From Hyphochytrium catenoides (taxonomy: Eukaryota > Protista > Hyphochytriomycota), in NCBI GenBank assembly GCA_900088475.1, contig FLMG01000725.1:1-64000 (forward strand): a stretch of DNA of 64,000 nucleotides, in the 5' to 3' direction. The translations under genes and the position numbers were made by a program. Each line of letters starts with the position of its first letter. Within the stretch, counting starts at the first letter, position 1. Of this stretch, positions 60,501 through 64,000 are shown piece after piece. The notes under the pieces are model-generated. The model saw nothing but the letters and a program-made list of their open reading frames with translations. It made no database searches and was not told the origin of the DNA.

Positions 60501-62929
60501 TGGTCAACCGTGAAAGAGGCAATAAGATGAGTTGGGAGTAATGAGCACTAGGTAAGTCCAATATAATGGGTGGTCCGTCATTCAAGTGAGAGAGAAGAAC
60601 AGCTGCAGTAGCAACAAATAGACAAAAAGAGTGCATGTGCGCACCTACAACGAGCCTCCTCATCAACTGAGAGACAGCAGCAGTCGCTTGAGCTCGGACT
60701 TGCTTACCAAGCTTAAGGATGTAGCTTTTGTGGGCTGTTTAGGACAAATAGAGCTTGGGCATTGCTTAGGTGCAAAGTGCAGAGGCAATGATGTCAGACT
60801 CACTGGGACCCAGTGCCAGAGCTGCAGATAGCACAGGACGGAGGAGAGGGTCATCCTGCTGAACGTGGCAAGAGCTCCAGCTGAGCACATCCCTAATAGA
60901 AGTATGACTTTGGATGATGAAGTACCTGACCTGAGCGGGAAGTAAGGCGAAAAGCTGCGCAGGTATGCCGTCAAGGATGGCAGAATTTCTACTAGTGCTT
61001 GAACAAGAAGAGGAAGGTGACATGGGAAAGAAAAGGGAGCTCTCTTCAACTAATGTCCCCTATTACTCCGCAAATGAAAGATCCGACAGCAGGTGGATTT
61101 CTTTATTAAAGCTGACAGCTAGAAAGGAAAAATATACCATAGTAGGCAGGGGAGGGGAAATATGGTATTGACGAGGGTGAGTCTTCCGCTTCGGCTGGGC
61201 TGGCTTCAGCTCAGGCAAAGCTTCGCTAAGGAAAATTTCTAAGGCGATTCTAAGGACTTTTCTTAGATCGAACTTTATGGACTGATTAGGTAGCGAGGAG
61301 AGCGAAAGAGGGAGAGGAGGGATAGAACTAAAGATGAGAGCAGTGCTCAAACAATAGGCAACCGCTGGCCCAGGAGACTCGGACTACCCATCATCGTCGG
61401 CTAGTTCCGCCTTCCGGCCGCGGCGCCCCATCCAAGGCCTTCTCTTTAATCACTTCGTGGCCCCACCGCTCGCTCCAAGAGATAAAGCGGCGAGGTCAGA
61501 GGAGTATATGGTACTCCTACATGGAGTATTACACATATGACAGCAAACCAAGAGGAGAGGAAAATAGGAGCACAAGGAGTAGAGGTAAGAAAGACCAGCC
61601 TTGGGGCCAGGTAAGGCCGTGGAGTCGCTTCCACTCTTCGACAAAACATTAGACAGAGCACCACGAGAGGAATTCTTGGAGGAGTAACAGGAGAAAAAAT
61701 GCGACGAGAAGGATAGACGGGACTTCTCACCCATTGTTGCCAGGGACGAAAAGATCTTGTTCGACTTTATGGGCAGCTTTGCAAGCTCCCTTAGCAACGA
61801 AAACAAGGGGAATACCTGGGACCGTGATGCCTCGATAAAAAAGTCAATGTGTGGGCCGCAGTGCCTGCAGACACCGGTGTTCACTTCTCTAACTTAGACA
61901 GCTACACAGAGGAGTTAATAGGTCGAACTGAGCTATTCAGACCCACTCTTGACACTCTTTCGGCTGGGAATGAAGGTGTGCGGGTGATTGGAAAGGTCTA
62001 CCGAGGAGTCATATATCCGATTTGAGGTTCGCATAACAGTACAGAGTGATGCCGATCCTCCTTTAACAACGCGTGGATGTAATATAAGGAAATACACTAT
62101 GGCGGGTCTTGAAGGAGAGTGAGAAGTGCTTTATCCCTAGTACCGTGGCTGGCCAAGCCTCAGTTTAGACGAGCACCACGCAGAGGAAGAGTTTGCAGGA
62201 ACGCGTGCAGGTACAGAATGCCTTCTACTTCAGAGAGAATGATTAACCAAACTATAGAGGGTAAGATGGTGAGGAGTCTGCCGATGGACAGTCACTCTAC
62301 CTCATAGCGGAACGATGGAAGTCGAAACATGCACGAGAGGTTGGATCAACAGGCTACCCTAAAAACATGAAAAGAGGAAGAGAACAGAAAGGGATAAGAA
62401 AGAGAAAGAAGTCCTCGTCAGAGCCATCATCCGTTGCCTGCTCTACTCACGTCAGGACTACCCCTCTTGAGCGTGGTACTCCCTCTCTAATAGAAGAAGA
62501 GCCCACATCTCATGCACTGGCCGATTTGTATCCAGCGCGCGTCCCGGTGGTTAGCAGCGGTCAGAGGAGGAAGTACACCACCTATAACAGTGGACCAGGG
62601 TCTATCTCCCATGAAATGTCTTTCTGTTGCTTCATTGCTGCTGACCGATCCAGGCAGCAGTGACCTGGAAGCGTAAATTACTTCGCCAATGGAGAGAGTG
62701 TCTTACGGGGAGGAGCCACCACCGAAACTCCCCGCCTCTCTCCTTCTCTCTCCCGTTCTCTCTCCCCCTTCCCGTCTCACCTTATTTTTAGGTACTATTA
62801 GTAGCTTGGACTCCGGCCACTATTCTTCTACCGCTACTTTTTTGGTCGGTTTCTCTTTCTTTCTACCGACAAGTTAGCTACCTATTACCGTTTTCCTTGT
62901 TAACCACCTTCCTTGCTGATCCTCCATGG

Positions 62930-63085
62930 CTCTCTCTCNNNNNNNNNNNNNNNNNNNNNNNNNNNNNNNNNNNNNNNNNNNNNNNNNTCCCCCTCTTTTT
63001 TTTTGTTCTCTCTCCCTCTCTCTCTCTCGCCCCCTCTCTTTTGTTCTCTCTCTCTCTCTCTCTCTCTGTGTGTTGTGTGTGTGCA
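62930..63085. repeat. (CT)n/(GT)n microsatellite with N gap (62939-62987)
   Basis: Directly visible. Confidence 0.9.
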
Positions 63086-64000
63086 TCTGAGATGTATGCC
63101 TACCCTCAGCGCTTGCGTTACGTTCGTCTTACTTTGATCCCGCTTCTCTTCTCTTTTTTGATGTTCTCCCTTCGATTTTCTTACCTCTACCACCGGCAGC
63201 AGGCGGCCCATCATCTCTACGGACGACACGAGTGATGATCACACACAGCGAAGCAGCAGCGCTCGATAAGAAAGCGAAGCCTTGGCTCATCGGCAGGAGG
63301 CATGAGAGGGATGCCGGAAGGAGATGAACCGCTGAGAGTTGTCCAAGAAGATCATCCCCGAGGCCATTATCATGATGCAAAAAATGGATTGGCCGAAGTT
63401 TATCGACCATAGCAGAGAGTTCTCAAGGTGCTGTGTCCCTGAAATGGACTCACTCTCCTACTGCCTAACAATTGCGAGAGGAGAACTGTTTAAAGGCCAA
63501 GTGGAGGACGGAGGAGAGAAAGAAACCGAGACAGAGGAAAATTCAGAGACAGTGTCGTCCTCTGTTTCAAAACGAGGAAGAATAGAGAAAAGGCTCTATC
63601 TACTGAGTAGTGATTAGGCTAAGATCCTGGCTCTTGATTAGAGGACAGTAAGCAGCGACGCAGCTGATAATAGCAGCCAACAAAGCGCCTTCTCATTGCA
63701 CTGCCCCACGCCGTTACGTTATCACTGAATATCTCACGCGCAGCAGCCTCGGCAAGCAGTAGCGATGATAAGACGACAGCGGAAGAAGGAGTGCAGCACT
63801 GCCTGAAGTAGCCTACGCGTGTTGATACGATAGAGAACAGCCAAGAGGCGACAGCGATCTCCTGACTGCTGTCACTCCATGAACATGATGGTTGAGTCAC
63901 TGTTGTTGCTCCATTAGCAGGGATCTAGCAGTCCGTGGAGATCTAGTAGGGGATAAGCGAAAGAAGAGAGGCGCATTATGTCTCCCAAGAAAGAGAGAGA

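Noticed and set aside
57900-62700. Decayed retrotransposon
   Set aside because: It looks like eroded coding DNA, but I found no RT (YxDD), integrase, RNase H or zinc-knuckle motif
1-64000. rRNA or tRNA genes
   Set aside because: No recognisable conserved rRNA segments or cloverleaf/T-loop patterns seen by eye; tRNAscan-SE and Infernal would be needed to exclude them

Overview
This is eukaryotic DNA from a gene-sparse, repeat-rich region, with short GT-AG introns, long (CT)n/(GA)n tracts and three N gaps. Several proteins resemble stramenopile/oomycete-type families, but the organism cannot be fixed from sequence alone. About 11 intact genes are supported: three spliced paralogues fusing a bZIP-like region to an NTF2/SnoaL-like domain (19.8-30.2 kb), two intronless multi-pass membrane proteins each built from two internal repeats, two other unknown membrane proteins, a low-complexity orphan protein, an HSL-family alpha/beta hydrolase, an intronless bacterial-type GST and a four-exon sigma-like GST. 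The window also holds a disrupted 7TM-RGS gene, a decayed Myb/SANT-like ORF, several MITE-like inverted-repeat elements and signs of CpA->TpA (CAG->TAG) mutation in repeats and pseudogenes. The best candidate for an undescribed system is the bZIP-SnoaL-like cluster, possibly ligand-sensing transcription factors, which the ORF track splits because of introns. All family calls come from motif recognition by eye; no searches were run.
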